The translations under genes were made by a program, and so were the position numbers. Below the pieces are notes generated by a model. The model was not told the DNA's origin. It saw only the letters and a list, made by a program, of their open reading frames with translations, and did no database searches. A stretch of DNA of 64,000 nt. It comes from Ramazzottius varieornatus (lineage: Eukaryota; Animalia; Tardigrada). This document shows, piece after piece, positions 1-12,697 of this stretch; the first letter of the stretch is position 1; the number at the start of each line of letters is the position of its first letter. The stretch lies in the NCBI GenBank assembly GCA_001949185.1, contig BDGG01000001.1, positions 4,391,624-4,455,623 of the forward strand. The letters are read 5' to 3'.

Positions 1-414
1 TCACTGTTCTTTCTCTTGGAAACTTCTTAATGGAAAATATTGTTCTGTGGTGTTTTCTGAACATTTGGACGCTGTTCGTGATTTTGAACCAGTCAAAACA
101 GCGAACTCGTCTCTTCAATATTTTGTCCACCCGTATGTTTTCCGTTCAACAAGAATTTTTCGCGGGTTATCTGCAAATGCATGGTTTGTCTTCCTTCAGC
201 AAAGACGACAAAAAACTCTGTGGCAATATGCATGGAGTTAAGGAGGTGCGGGCTTATCAGCATGCATGCAGCCAGACAAGATGCTTTAGCAGGGTCCCTG
301 ATGAGATTGAAGTAGCATCCTATGCCCAGTGCGCGACTTCCCAAACTAAATGGATATTCCATGTGTGGCGTACCCACCACTCGCGACGCGCGGAGGTCGG
401 GCCAGAATACTTAC

Positions 415-588
415 ATAAATCTTATCAGCATGAAAACGGCGTCGCAGATTGTCGATAAAAGACTGCTCAGTCAGGGGTTCCAGGAAGAGGAGATCACTGA
501 CTCCAACGTCTGCTTCTGGAGTTGAAGAGTGATGGGCCGCTGTCGTGGTCGAAGGTATGTGTAGGCCATCGGTCATGATCGTGCTCAT
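415..588 (-). CDS. Class I myosin (MYO1A/B-like), first coding exon; gene continues beyond the left edge
   Basis: Translation GVSDLLFLEPLTEQSFIDNLRRRFHADKIY matches the start of the myosin-I motor (cf. GVGDMVLLEPLNEETFINNLKKRF..IY). It is followed by a GTAAGT donor at 414. Confidence 0.8.
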
Positions 589-1047
589 GCATTAACATTA
601 ATTACAATGGTACTGCGGCACAGCTCGAACCCGCCAATGCAGCAGGGCTCAGCCGTGGCAACTCCCGCCAGCCAAGCCTCCTGGCACCCAACACCACCAA
701 ACTCTCGCTCTAATCTTCTTCTTGCCAGCCAGCCCAGCCTTTGTGGGCCTTCCCACCGCCTGATCACAAAAAGTGACTGCGGTGGCTCTTGTAAGCCAAG
801 CGGCAAAATTGATCCCAATTTGCACTCTTTCTTGCTCTCGAATAAAGAGCAAACACAAATCCCAGTATTCCGTGAGCGAGACGCTTCTCTTCGCATACCA
901 GAAACTTGACACGAGCAACTTCCAGCAAATGGGACCAGCCGCACCTGAAAAACGAAAGAAACAGGTTACGTTTCCCAAAAGTCATAATGAACACAACTAG
1001 GAACTGACTAGGATCTCGGTAAACAATTTCTGGATGCGCGTCATCGA

Positions 1048-1093
1048 AAGTGGCGCAATTTTCGGTGTTACTGGCTGGAAACGTGCGCTGCTT
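1048..1093. repeat. ~47-bp palindromic dispersed element, copy 1
   Basis: AAGTGGCGCAA-24nt-GTGCGCTGCTT. Confidence 0.75.
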
Positions 1094-4000
1094 GAGAAAA
1101 CGATCATCCCGCGATCGTTTGTCGGCCTTCCAGTTACAGTGCAATGCCAAATCTGACGCTTCGCTATTGTTCTAATCACCACGCAAAATTTGATTTGCGT
1201 TTCGAGTGGATTTTTATGGAAGACTTCGCCCTTCGGACTAAGTTAACCGGTGGAAGTATCTTGCTAGTTCTGTTGTGGTACGGTGATACGGTAATACGGT
1301 CAGAGACTATGAAACTGGCCTGAACAGCTCCGGTGTTCTTCACAAATGTTATCGTTGACGTGGTGGATAATTCAAAAGTCTTTGATATGTGTACGGAGAA
1401 AGTCTGTGAGTGAAGGAGGACGTCGATAACGTGCCGATTAGGATCAAGAGACGGCATCGTCATCATTATGCGCGCTCCTTCTCTCCGTTTTACTGCTTTA
1501 GAGCGTGAATTAAAAAGAGGATTAGTCGCTACATTGCTGTCTCTGGCCTTAAAGGAATGTTTAACTTTAAGCCGGGATGGCTGGAGCAGACCGTCTTTAT
1601 GCGGGTGTGTGGGTGTGTTGCACAGCTGTAATTATCTGTCTGGTAAACATCCATTATCGAGTTCTTCCTCGCTCTTCCCCATATACACAGCCACATGTGC
1701 AAAGCCAGCGTCCCTTCTTTCCCCCACTGCTAAATGCTCTCTCAGGAAGCTAGGGTATCAAATCCTGCAAGCGTAAAACGAGCAGCCGGGATTGTGGCAT
1801 AAAAGTTGACAAACAGCTTTTTCCACTTACATCACTGCACAATCAGAGAGAAAAAAGTGAGGACGACTTTTGGTTGCGCGCGCGCGCGGCCATAATCGTT
1901 CCTTCTTTCGATTTTTACGATCTTCCCCCTTCCTCACTCGCTCGGAATTCATGGCCATCCTGTGGTAGGAGGCCGACTTCCGGGAAGAGTCTTCCTTGCA
2001 TCTGGGCACCACACAGTTTTCATATCGACCCTATGGGCAATCGACAAGGCTCTACACGCCGGAAAAAGGTCTCTGCATGGAATCAAATATTAGGCTAACG
2101 TAATTTGTCCAACTGTAGCTTCACTATTGAAGTTCATTCTTGAAGGACTGAGAGACATGTCTTTTCCTGCGTGACGGAGCTGTCTTCATTGGTTGTCGAC
2201 TGACCGAAGCTCCATCCAGGTGGACGTAATCCAATCCACGGAAACGAACTCCAGTCCCATCTTCCTTCTTCTTATAGACCCGCTTCCCTTCAGCTTCTCA
2301 TGGCTTTCCCCACTCGTAATTACCCTTTAAACATAAACGCCGGTTCTCGAACTGCCCTATGTCAGACCAGAAGTAATGCAAAGGATACCATTCCCGCAAC
2401 AAGGCGGGAAGAACGGCGAACTCGCGCTGCTTGGTCCCGGCTTAGTTTTGGAGGAGCGTTCAACAGTTCAACCGACTCTTGGGGGGCGATTCTTCGCTTA
2501 GACACTCCTAACGATTAGCTTTCTTGAACTTGCTCCTCACTACTTACTCTACTGGGCTCATGATCCTCTTCAGATGTGCCTGGTTTCGATGGCGATCCTA
2601 CTTGAAGCGACAGGCCGGTTTCCCGTAGCTTGGCGAAACATGTTCCCTCAATAACTCAACAGGCAGACCCGTAAAACTTGAAGTCATGCCGGCAGGATAA
2701 CTTCCCACTGCGAAGAAGCGAATCTAAGGATCTGCCGAATTCTGCCGCTTTCATGGTTGTCGTCGAGACCTCGAGTTCGCAGCAGCTCAGCCGAATCGTA
2801 TCTCGAAAGACTTTACTGAGGAACGGACGTCGGATGATGGTACACTTCAGAGTAATGGAGTAACGCTAGACAAAGAAGCCTATTCAGGTGGATCCGGTGA
2901 GGATGGAACAGGAACCTAGAATAATGAAAACGGCCATTCATCAAAGTTGCATAACGTGTGACGTCACTACGGATGACATCATCTCGACCGGAAGAACTGA
3001 GCGACTCCGGCCATTATTCATTTCTCGTCCTCCAGAAAGTTTAGCTCGCGGAAGTGCTCACTGTGAACTGCCCTAAAAGCAGGTCTTTTTTCCAGAAACT
3101 GCGTCAGAAAATTCGCCGGTCGGAGAACGGGTCTCTTCGATGGGTCTTCAGTACCTACTGTGTCATCCCAGTTCGCTGACTTTCCGAGTAGGTGAACTAG
3201 CCTGACACAAGGAAAACATGCTCGCTGATCTGATCCCGGAAAATTTCGATTCTGCACGAAGCTGAACTACCTGTACACATAGACGCAAACGAACGTGAGC
3301 AGGAAGTAGCCCACACCAAAGCAGACGAGAAAAAATCTTGAGTGTGTTTACACAGCGTTGAGAACCTTACAGTATGACAGGTGATCGAATGCCAATTTGA
3401 ATTTAGGATAATTTTACGACCGTAAAACGCGGATAAATGAGCTTCAACTACTGATTTCTCTTGTAGTATGTTCGAATTTCGTAGAAAATCAATCATCGAA
3501 ACTTGCGATTCACTCGTCTCCACCGGAAAACCCTAACTAGTTCGATAAAACTAACGAGAAAACATAACCCAATAATTTTACCTTCTCATGAAAGTTTTTG
3601 GATCGTCGCTATTCCGTACCACCGAAGACACTACCAGCAGAGAATTATTCCAAAGCGCTGAATGTTATGCGCAGAATCCGATCGATTCAGAAGCTGCGGT
3701 ACGTTGTTGGTCCGTAAAAGTCATCTGATAGAGACAACGAGGGAAAGTTCATAAGAAGTCAGTCGATGTACAAAACTCCTTCTTCCATATTTATAGTAGG
3801 ACTTCTCAGTCAGCAAAAGCCTCGTTGGTTAAGAAGGAGTTTCCTAATAGCAAATCCCATAGCAGTATACTCCGTATAATTGTACCGTAAACAGATCCTA
3901 ATTGGGATTTTCATGTAGGGGTATTGAAAAGCAAAGTGTAACTTTCAAATTAACACAGCTCCTGCCTTGTGCATCCTTCCACCATGCGGCTGAAAGATAT

Positions 4001-5177
4001 CTATCGATGATCATATGCCTGCTAGCACTGGATGAATTAGATGCTCTAAAGTTGGGGTCGAGATGCTGGTACCGACGCTGCCTTAACTGTGGGAGAGACA
4101 ACTGTAGGAGGAAGGCAGCAGCGCTTGAGTCGAAGTTCGACCGAGAGATGCCAATATTATGCTTTCTCAGCCTCCAATTTAGCTTTTGCCATACACATGG
4201 TTTGCCAGCTCAGCCATGATGAAGAATGACTGCTGGCTCTGGCTGCTCGATACCGCCTACGGAAAAGGAGTGACTGGGAGCAAGGGCGGAAGGGAAAGCC
4301 AATCAGACCAAAGTTGAGTCAAGACTTAGCCTCTCTGCCGCTCGGTTCCTGTTTCAACTTTCCCTCGACCGATGTAGACTAGCCTCAGTCTACGACGATC
4401 AGGAAGAGCAACGAGCTGGGCAGACAAGCGTGGAATGCCTGCTGCATGTATGACAGAGACGAACGAGTGATGCAAAACGAATGTGCATTTTGCTCCCATG
4501 CCTAAGTTATCTTGTACAGCGCTGGCGGTTCAGGTACATAACCATGAGTCCATGACATTCACCAACAAGGAAGTTTATCCTAACGTACCATGCACTACTT
4601 TCCCTGTACCACTGTTTTGGTAATTCGCCCACACTTGAGAAACCTTTAGCAAAATAACCAAGCGGAAATCGGCGTTGACATCCAAATCGATCATTTTCAC
4701 GTATGCCTGCGTTCCTCACTACACAGAGGGAACTCTCAGCCCCAACACGGTTCACAATTACCGCTGCTCCCTCACTTACGTTTTTCATTCATCCCTTGGA
4801 CCTTTTCCCCTCCTGCACAGCTTGTCCAACAGCTTCAAGTCGCCCGTCTTTACGAATTATCGTTAATCTACAACAAAACAAGTTTTGAGCAGAGAGACAA
4901 ATTTACGTGAACAACTTCATCCTTCGTCGAAAAGAGCCTGCTAAAATAAACTTTATAATAAAAGTAGGAAAGCTAGGTAAAATTAGATAAGGAAAACACT
5001 GTACGATTAGCCTCCCTCTAGATTTTTTCTTATCGGATTGCAATTTGGAAAGGAAAAATAAGGCTAAGAAACCATCCGGCAAACATTTTCGTCCCTATGT
5101 GCAAATGCACTGCTAATTATTCATCACACAAACCAGTCAATCCTGAGAGCTCTTCGTAAGTTTGCACCTCAGTCTTC

Positions 5178-8100
5178 TTAAACGTCAGGTGGCATCCCGA
5201 AAGGTAGAGGGTTGTGGGCACCTTCGTCAATGCCCAGTTGAGCGTACACAACATGGCCGGCTTCTCCGATCTGGTACGCCTGTATCAGCGGAACCAGTTC
5301 CATCTCGGATTTGGCCAGGTCCACGCAGAGCTCGTAGATTTCCCGCGCGTGTACGAGGTTCCCACTGAAACCAAAACATGACACTGGAATGAGCGTGCAC
5401 TTTGAGAACGACGTAGTCATAAAACAAAATTTGCTTACGCTTGGATGTCCAGGTCCATTAAAAGCTCCAGCGCTTGGGTGTAGTATGGGTCGAGAGCTAT
5501 TGCCTTCTGCAAGGAACTTCTCGCAGCGAACCGATCTTCTCTCCAAAGCATCTCCAGCAACCTTAAACCAAGCCACAATCATAAACATACCAGATCTTCA
5601 AGTGTGAACCTATTATGCTCCGGTCAAACCTACAGTTTACGACAAAAACACGGCAGAAAAAAACGAAGTAAATGGTGCGCCGAAGTGTACATAAAAACAA
5701 AATCCCATGCCAAAGATGTGCCAGAATGCGCCAAGGCCGTGCCTGTTTTCTGCCGCCCGCCTTCCTTGAGCAGAGCGAGCTGGCCTTCATTCACGTGCGT
5801 ACACTGAACTGTGAGTTTACTGTGTTACAAGAGTATGCACATCCATGCTCAGCTCGCCCATCGTGTCCGCCGCCTTTTCGACTATCATCTTGTAATCATG
5901 TAGAAGAATTTATATTAATTTTGATAACTTCAATTCAGTATTTTGAACAGAAGTTGGATAAACGATCCCTTACCCCAACTGTGTGTAAACGACGGCATTG
6001 TGCACATCACTCTTTTGACCGATCGCCCGTGAGAGGAACCTGTACGCTTTGTCATGTTCATTTTTCTCCATGAAGAGCTGTAGACAAAGCGTGAAGTTTA
6101 GCCTGAGATCGCAGCTGTCATCCCGGAAGCAGAACACAAAAATTGATTTTGCAAAGCTTTTTGGCAGGTGTACCTGGCCAAGTAGAACATATCCTTCTGG
6201 TAAGTTCAGCGTGGTTAACTTATTTTCCAGCTCGATGAGAGGCTGTTCGTCGCTGGGATGCTGGTTGGCTTTGAGGCGGTACTCGATGTGGGCAATGTGG
6301 AATGCTGTCGTGGAGTCACTGTCGTCTTTCAGCCGCTCACACTTCCGAAGATCGTTCAAACAATCGTCAAAGCGGCCAAACAACATATTACACTGCCAAA
6401 CACATTTTAGATTAATCAGAAAATATTCGCGAAATGAAATGGGACGTCAAAAAATGAATATGATCGTTTTCCCAAGTGCGCACCCTTTCTGCCAATAACA
6501 ATGAAAACATGCGCCACTTCAACAACGACCGTGCTCACTTCATTTGTCAACATCCCAACATTTCTTTACAAAATAATCGTAATATGGGCTGTGGGCAAGG
6601 CTCCTTAAAAGGCTGGGGTCACAGCGTAGAGGCACAGCTGATGAAATTTGAGAAGGGCAAGGGAAGGTTTCGGGTTTTTCTTGAAAATTCTCGGCCTCCA
6701 CATGGCGAGCCCCGATCCCTACCCTTGGGCTAGCCTGCCCCTGCCCAAATTTCCTCGACTATGCCTCTACGCCGTGACCCCAGACTTCTGAGGAACTTTG
6801 CCCAGAATCCATATAATGTGGGAAAAAAACTGATTTCCCGATTGCGACGTCCAGAATGAATATCCAAAGTTGAGACATACCTGAGCTCGGTGAAAAAAGA
6901 TATCGGGGTTGATCGGATCTTTCGCTTCCGCGTCATTAAGCCGGTTGATGACTTCACTTGGGTCGATACTTTCTTGGAGATACAGACATGCCAGTTTAAC
7001 TCTTGCATTGGTTCTTTCCTGCAGAAAGAGCTTGTTCAGTATCACAGAGTCTCGGAATGGAAACAGAACTTTTGCAACGAAAGAACTTGATTTACAGCGA
7101 AAGGGGCATTGGGCGCATCTATGACATATACGAAATCCGGTTTGGCACTGGTGACATCTCCGAACAGGAAGAACATGGTGCCCCGCAGAAGACGAGCCAT
7201 GACATGCCGATCGTCGCTTGAGATCGTAAGCAGCGCTTCGTTGCAAAAGTCGATAACTTGACAGTACTCTCCTCGGGAGAAAGCCCACAAAGCGTCTTCC
7301 ACAAGGCTGAAAAATAAAGTTACTCAAATTAGGTATCGCCAATCTTCACAGGCATTCGGCTAATGGTCCTCCTAATAAACCTGATAATCTGCCAGAAGAA
7401 ACTCACTCTGCCGAACCGTTTCCGTCAGCATTGACTTTACTAACGGCTTCCAGGATTGGGTCTCGGGAAAAACCATGGTTGAACTGCCGCACGAAAACCT
7501 TGCTCAGTTTCCGAGTGGTCATCGGTCGCTTTTTCTTCTCCTGAAAAACACAATACTTTGATCGAAATGAGTCAGATAACAACCCAAGTAATGGCTCTTA
7601 ATGAACCTCCATTTCCGTTCGGGCGAGCTTGATGGCCAAATCGCGTACTAGCCTCTCGGACTTATCACGATATTCGGCATTCTGGAAGTTCGTCAGGATA
7701 GAAGCGGCAATCATATCTGCAAAACACAGACCGGTCTTTAGACATCAGACCTAGAAAAATCGTACGCACTTCGCAAACAGAGAAAAACAACACGATTAGT
7801 ACCGTGGGCAGCCTGCACAGGCTTGTCCAGTTTCTCCAGGGCGCGACTTCGACGATAGTACGCTTTGGCATATCGACCATCAATCTCCAAAGCAGCGGAA
7901 CAGTCATCTCGTACGTCTTCGTAGAGTTTCTAAACAAAAATGGTCGTAAGCACGAATCAAAGTATTCCTTAACAAACGCTCATCCGACAGGAGAAACGTA
8001 ATTACCAGCTGCTCGTTGCAGGCTGCTCGATTCTGCAGGCTCTGCGCCAGGTCATCTCTGATACCGTTCTGTCTGGCGGCAGTGATGGCTTGGGAGTAGA

Positions 8101-8731
8101 GCTGCTTGGCTTCATTGTACCTGAAAAAACCCTTAACAAAGTTAACAACTAAGCTTAAGCTGAATTGCCTTCGTTAATAATAACAGATCGGAGACCTTCT
8201 GGCCCGGAAGAGCTTGTTCCCTTCATTCTTCAGCATAGTAATCGTTTCCGTCACTGATTTCTGCAACCACGTAACATTCACATATCTGTTTCGCACGATT
8301 TGTAGATGAGACTTGTTCTTATCCAACTTTTTGTAACATCGATTTTTGAGATAATATCAGTTACTTACACCTTCCAAAGACAGTGGGAGAGGAGAACTGG
8401 TACCAGTACTGATGCCCGAGGAAACTTGACTTGCATCGCCGGCGCCTCTAAGCGCGGATCCATTCGGTGTGGTTCGCTTCTTGCTGCCATCGATGGATCG
8501 AGCAGGCTTGTTCTGGCTACGATACATCCAGTATGCTCCTCCTGCAACCAGCGGAACGCCGATCAACAGACCAATAAGCCATTTCGGCCAGGTGTTTGGT
8601 GAACCCCACGTCCAGGCAGGATCGATATCCGCGAAGTCTGGAAGGGAAGGCAGAGGCAGAAGAGGCGGTGGTAGAGCGGGAACAGCCGGAGCGGCTACGG
8701 CAATTCTAGGCCGGACTGGTATCTTCGACAT
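5178..8731 (-). CDS. TOMM70: Mitochondrial import receptor TOM70 (multi-exon, TPR protein)
   Basis: N-terminal TM anchor (WLIGLLIGVPLVAGGAYWMY). Clamp TPRs KNEGNKLFRARRYNEA / QNRAAC / KAYYRRSRALEKL. DPINPDIFFHRAQ. C-terminal KAIALDPYY...GNLVHAREIYELCVDLAKSEMEL resembles the Tom70 C-terminus. GT-AG introns link the ORF pieces. Confidence 0.88.
6474..6519. repeat. ~47-bp palindromic element, copy 2 (TOM70 intron)
   Basis: AAGT-GCGCAC-25nt-ATGCGCCACTT. Confidence 0.75.
6582..6814. mobile_element. Foldback MITE-like element in TOM70 intron
   Basis: ~80-bp imperfect terminal inverted repeats (TATGGGCTGTGGGCAAGG..CTGGGGTCACAGCGTAGAGGCA.. vs the reverse complement at 6735-6814). Confidence 0.7.
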
Positions 8732-9203
8732 CTCGCCAACAACGGAGTAACGGATCACTCCAGCTAAGGTTGATTTGGAGATCGCTCCAGATGTGCGTGG
8801 GATCTGATGATCACCGTTCGGTATCTACCTCCCCACCAAAACACACAGATATTTTCCCGCTGTATTCTCTCAAACCAAAAGATGAATTAGGCGGGAATCG
8901 GGATTCAGGACCAAAACAAAATGCCCAGAAAATCTGGGATCTTGACTTTTGAGTTTTGACTGAGTCGAAAGTTCGAAACGCAAAGTGACCAAATCAATCA
9001 AGCGGCATCTCAATCAACGTATGGGCAGACCCGAAGGCCGTAAGTTCCTTATGTTGACGTCATAACTCGACAGGGAAGGTTGACTGGATAAAAATAATTT
9101 CGTCCTTGGTTTTCCAGATCCCAAAGCCAGATATCTGGCCCAAATTACAGTGCGCTTTCCCCTAGTATCTGCTATGTTGCAGGTTTTTCGTAGTGCGTTG
9201 TAG

Positions 9204-11719
9204 ATGGAGGAGTATCAGCGCATCTTCAGTATCGACTATGAAGCGGTTCGGACGGAAGTCGACGAGCAGAAGCAAACCTTCTTTATCTTTCCTCTGCTCC
9301 AATCACGACCGGTCACGGCGGATACTCCTGCTCCTCCTCGACGACGCTCCAAAGCTTCGGATGAAGATAACGGCAAAGCACTCAGCACGACGCATACCGA
9401 AATCAGCCACCTTCGTGGTGTTCGAGTTACAAGAGACCATGCACGGTGACTCACTTCCGGTCCGATGATACACTGTCAACCGAAATCACTGATACCTCCC
9501 GTTCGATTTTCTAGGTTAATCATTCCGATTGTCATTAGGACAAACCAGGAAACGAATCTCTTCGAGTATGTGATCCTACCGGACTTCGTTGTCAGCAGTT
9601 TCGACGACATAGAGACATGGTTGATCGCTTTCTCAAAGAAGTTCATCTTGAAAGAAAAGAACAGCCAAGAAGCCATGCATCTCAAAATCGCCTCGGACCT
9701 CTCTGGTGCCGTTCCCCAGATGACATACGACATCGGTGGGCTTCGTGTACAAGCATGGACTACGATAGACGAAGCCAACTTATACTACCAGATATTTGCG
9801 CCGCCCACGTTCCCGCTTAGTCCACTCCTCGAGCATGCAACAGGTATGTGTTTCCTTACTTCCGGTCAGCCACGAGATTAACAGCCGTTAACCTAACTGT
9901 TGCGAATTGTGCTTGCAGACGAATCTCTTATTAGTCGCCAGTTCCTCTTCCAGCTTACGGCCAAGTTCGACAAGCCGCCGGAAGTGAACGGGAACCCGGA
10001 AGGGAAAAGACCCGTCATTCACGCTGTGACACCACAAAAGTCTGCTGAAGACGCAGCAGACCTGGCACTGATTACCGCGACCACCTCAAAGAACTACCAA
10101 GTAATCGCATCCAAAGACGTTCGAAATTTTGTGTAGTTTACGGTCTATCGTGTGCGTTTCAGGTTGGTTTATCTGAATACTATTCCTCAGGTCTTGTTTT
10201 CGTAGGTTATGAAAATTCTACTGGATAACGGGGCCGATGTGATGGCTCAAGACGGTCACCTCCAGACTTCCTTCCATATCGCCGCAGCCGAAGGAGATCT
10301 CGAAGCTCTTAGGATACTCGTTTTGTACAACAAGAAGCCTCAAGATCTTGTGATCAACGCACCAGACGCTGTCGGACGGACAGCACTGATGGACGCAGCA
10401 GAGGCCAAGTCGGTCGAATGCGTGAAGTTCCTGCTGGAACATGGAGCTAACGCCGCAGCCAGAGACCATCACAACGAGACCGCTCTACATAAAGTCGTCC
10501 TTGGTGGATGGGACCAAGCGATAGGCGTACTTCTTCGCGACCATGGATGTTCACTGACCGCGACGAACAACGTTGGGGTACGACCTCGCAAAACTTCCCT
10601 TTTCGGAATTTGTTTCACAATAATGACGAGACCATGACAAATAAACGCGACAACATTTTTCTCCCAATTGGCGCACGTTTGCCGTGTTACTACCAGAAAG
10701 CGTGCGCCACTTGGCATACCGATCTTATTGAGTTCGTTGCATAGGTCCCATATGTGCAGCTGGTTCCGAAAATTTATAATGAGGTTGCTGTTTTAGATGA
10801 CAGCTTCGACTCTCGCTGCAACGAAGCTGCTACCTTATCACATTCCCGAGTCGTCGAAGAAACTTGTAATGATTCCAGTGATGGAGTGTCTGTTGGATTT
10901 CCCGTTCAGCACAGCCAAGCACCGTCTATCACAGGTCAGTCCCCCTGAAATCCCGATCGTTGCGGACCATTTTTAGAATATCTATCATAGGGCCAAATTT
11001 TCATGGATATTTCCAACGTGGGTCGGCGCCCACTATTCGAATTCCAGTACGGCCTGACAATACAGTCCCGTACTGAAGCGTATATACAGCTTCGACCGAA
11101 CAGTGCATGGTCCAACCATTCGTGCGCCTGTCATGAAACAGCCTGTAAGACGTGCGTCTGTGTCCGGATAGCGAACCGCGGACAACAAGTGTTCACTTCG
11201 AGGGGCCTTCTCCTCTCTTCTTTCCCTGAAACCCAACCCATAGTTCTATGCTCACCCTTCTGTCGTTGCTCGAAAGACTGTCCACTTCGCAGTCTCTGCA
11301 ACGTCATTTGTCCGAACATGGAAATCTACCATGATAACCTGAAAAAGATATGGTGTGTCCGCACTAGGGAAGAACTGAAGCGGGGCCAGTTCGTCTCGCT
11401 CTTGGCAGGGGAGATCATTCATCCACGGTTCATGGATGAAGCGAAGCCTTATCGTTACCTGATATTCAGTCGGTCTTTGTCGATTGATATTTCCCATCGA
11501 GCGAACTGCTCGAGGTTCTTTGGAGATTCCACGCAGCCGAACTTGAGAATAGCGGTGGTCAAGAGCTTTGATAAGACGAAACCACCGCAAATTGCCTTCT
11601 TCGCTTCGGAGTGGATCGCAGAAGGCGAGACGCTGTGCTATGATAAGTCGCATTGCTTTGATGTTGTTCAGCAAGTTTTACGGGACCAATGTTTCTCAGA
11701 ATTCCGTTTCGATTTTTAG
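9204..11719 (+). CDS. Ankyrin-repeat + pre-SET + SET protein, G9a/EHMT-like, catalytic motifs degenerate (multi-exon)
   Basis: Ankyrin repeats at 10209-10575 (QTSFHIAAAEG, GRTALMDAA, NETALHKVV). Cys-rich pre-SET (CACHETAC..CVC..CSPFCRCSKDCPLR). SET-like WCVRTREELKRGQFV..GEII..ID...N.SRF....PNL...IAFFA...I.EGE.L.YD. Confidence 0.8.
10666..10712. repeat. ~47-bp palindromic element, copy 3 (ANK-SET intron)
   Basis: AATTGGCGCAC-25nt-GTGCGCCACTT. Confidence 0.8.
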
Positions 11720-12189
11720 CCTCGAAATTGTCTCTGTAATGGAATTGATTTCTTGTTTTATTAAGGCGTGATAGCCGTGTTGAAACCTCGTTCAGTCTTC
11801 CTCTACCTGCTATGTTATCGGAGTCTCAAAGAAGGAAATTGTTACCGATGTTTTTGAAGATTTTCTTATTCTTTTGGGCTCTACAGTAAATTATCCACAT
11901 GTGGCAAACTTGTTCTTCAATGACCAACATATTGTGTGTGTTGTTTAGGCAAACCGATTCACCAGTCGCTAGGTGTCCAATGATTCCCCACCTGCGGAAC
12001 AAAACAAGTGGTTCACAATTTCAGGTTGGTAAACTGATTAAGCTTCTTGCCTACATTTGAGTCAAAGCTTGAAGGCAATTTTTATTTCGTTGCCGCTCCA
12101 TACTTCTCAAACTAGCCCCGCGTTACTGATCTACTCTGCCCATTGCTCATATTACTTTACTCTGTCAACGTGTCCCAGTCCATGAGTGC

Positions 12190-12697
12190 CTTCGTACTCT
12201 TGAGCGGTGCCTGGAAGGAACCCCGGCACATCGACGAACGTGATTATCGGAATGTTGAAGGCGTCGCAGAAGCGAACGAAGCGCGCGCCTTTTACCGAAG
12301 CGTTGATGTCCAAACAACCTTCAAAAAACGAATTTGTAAGATTGCGAAGTTCAAGTTGAATGACAAAGCATGTTTTACCGGCTGCGACTTTCGGTTGGTT
12401 TCCCCCGATATCAACGGTCCTGCCGAATCCCGTGATGATATTCTTGGCGTAGTCCGGCATGATCTCGAAGAAGTCAGCTTCGTCGACGATCGGTTCGATG
12501 ACATCGAGCGTGTTGTAGGCGGCGGTGGACTGTAGCGGAATGACGGTGTCTAATGAGGGAATATCCCGTTCCCACGGGTCAATATTGGCTCGGATGGGTG
12601 CAGCGTCCTGGTTGGAGAGGGGCAGGTAGTTCATGAAGGAGCGCAGGTTCAGCAAGGCGTCAATGTCGTTCTCGAAAGCCCGCTGCGCCACACCGGA
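12190..12697 (-). pseudogene. PCCB: Internal fragment of propionyl-CoA carboxylase beta subunit
   Basis: [15 protein letters not shown]...[24 protein letters not shown]|[41 protein letters not shown]. Contains a 60-bp GT-AG intron at 12319-12378. No N- or C-terminal parts nearby. Small in-frame deletion relative to canonical GFARMNGRTVG. Confidence 0.85.

Noticed and set aside
600-5100. Many short ORFs upstream of the myosin exon
   Set aside because: No motifs or consistent exon chain; probably 5' UTR, intron or intergenic DNA.
12190-12697. PCCB fragment as bacterial HGT or contamination
   Set aside because: It contains a GT-AG intron and animal-type sequence ([21 protein letters not shown]).
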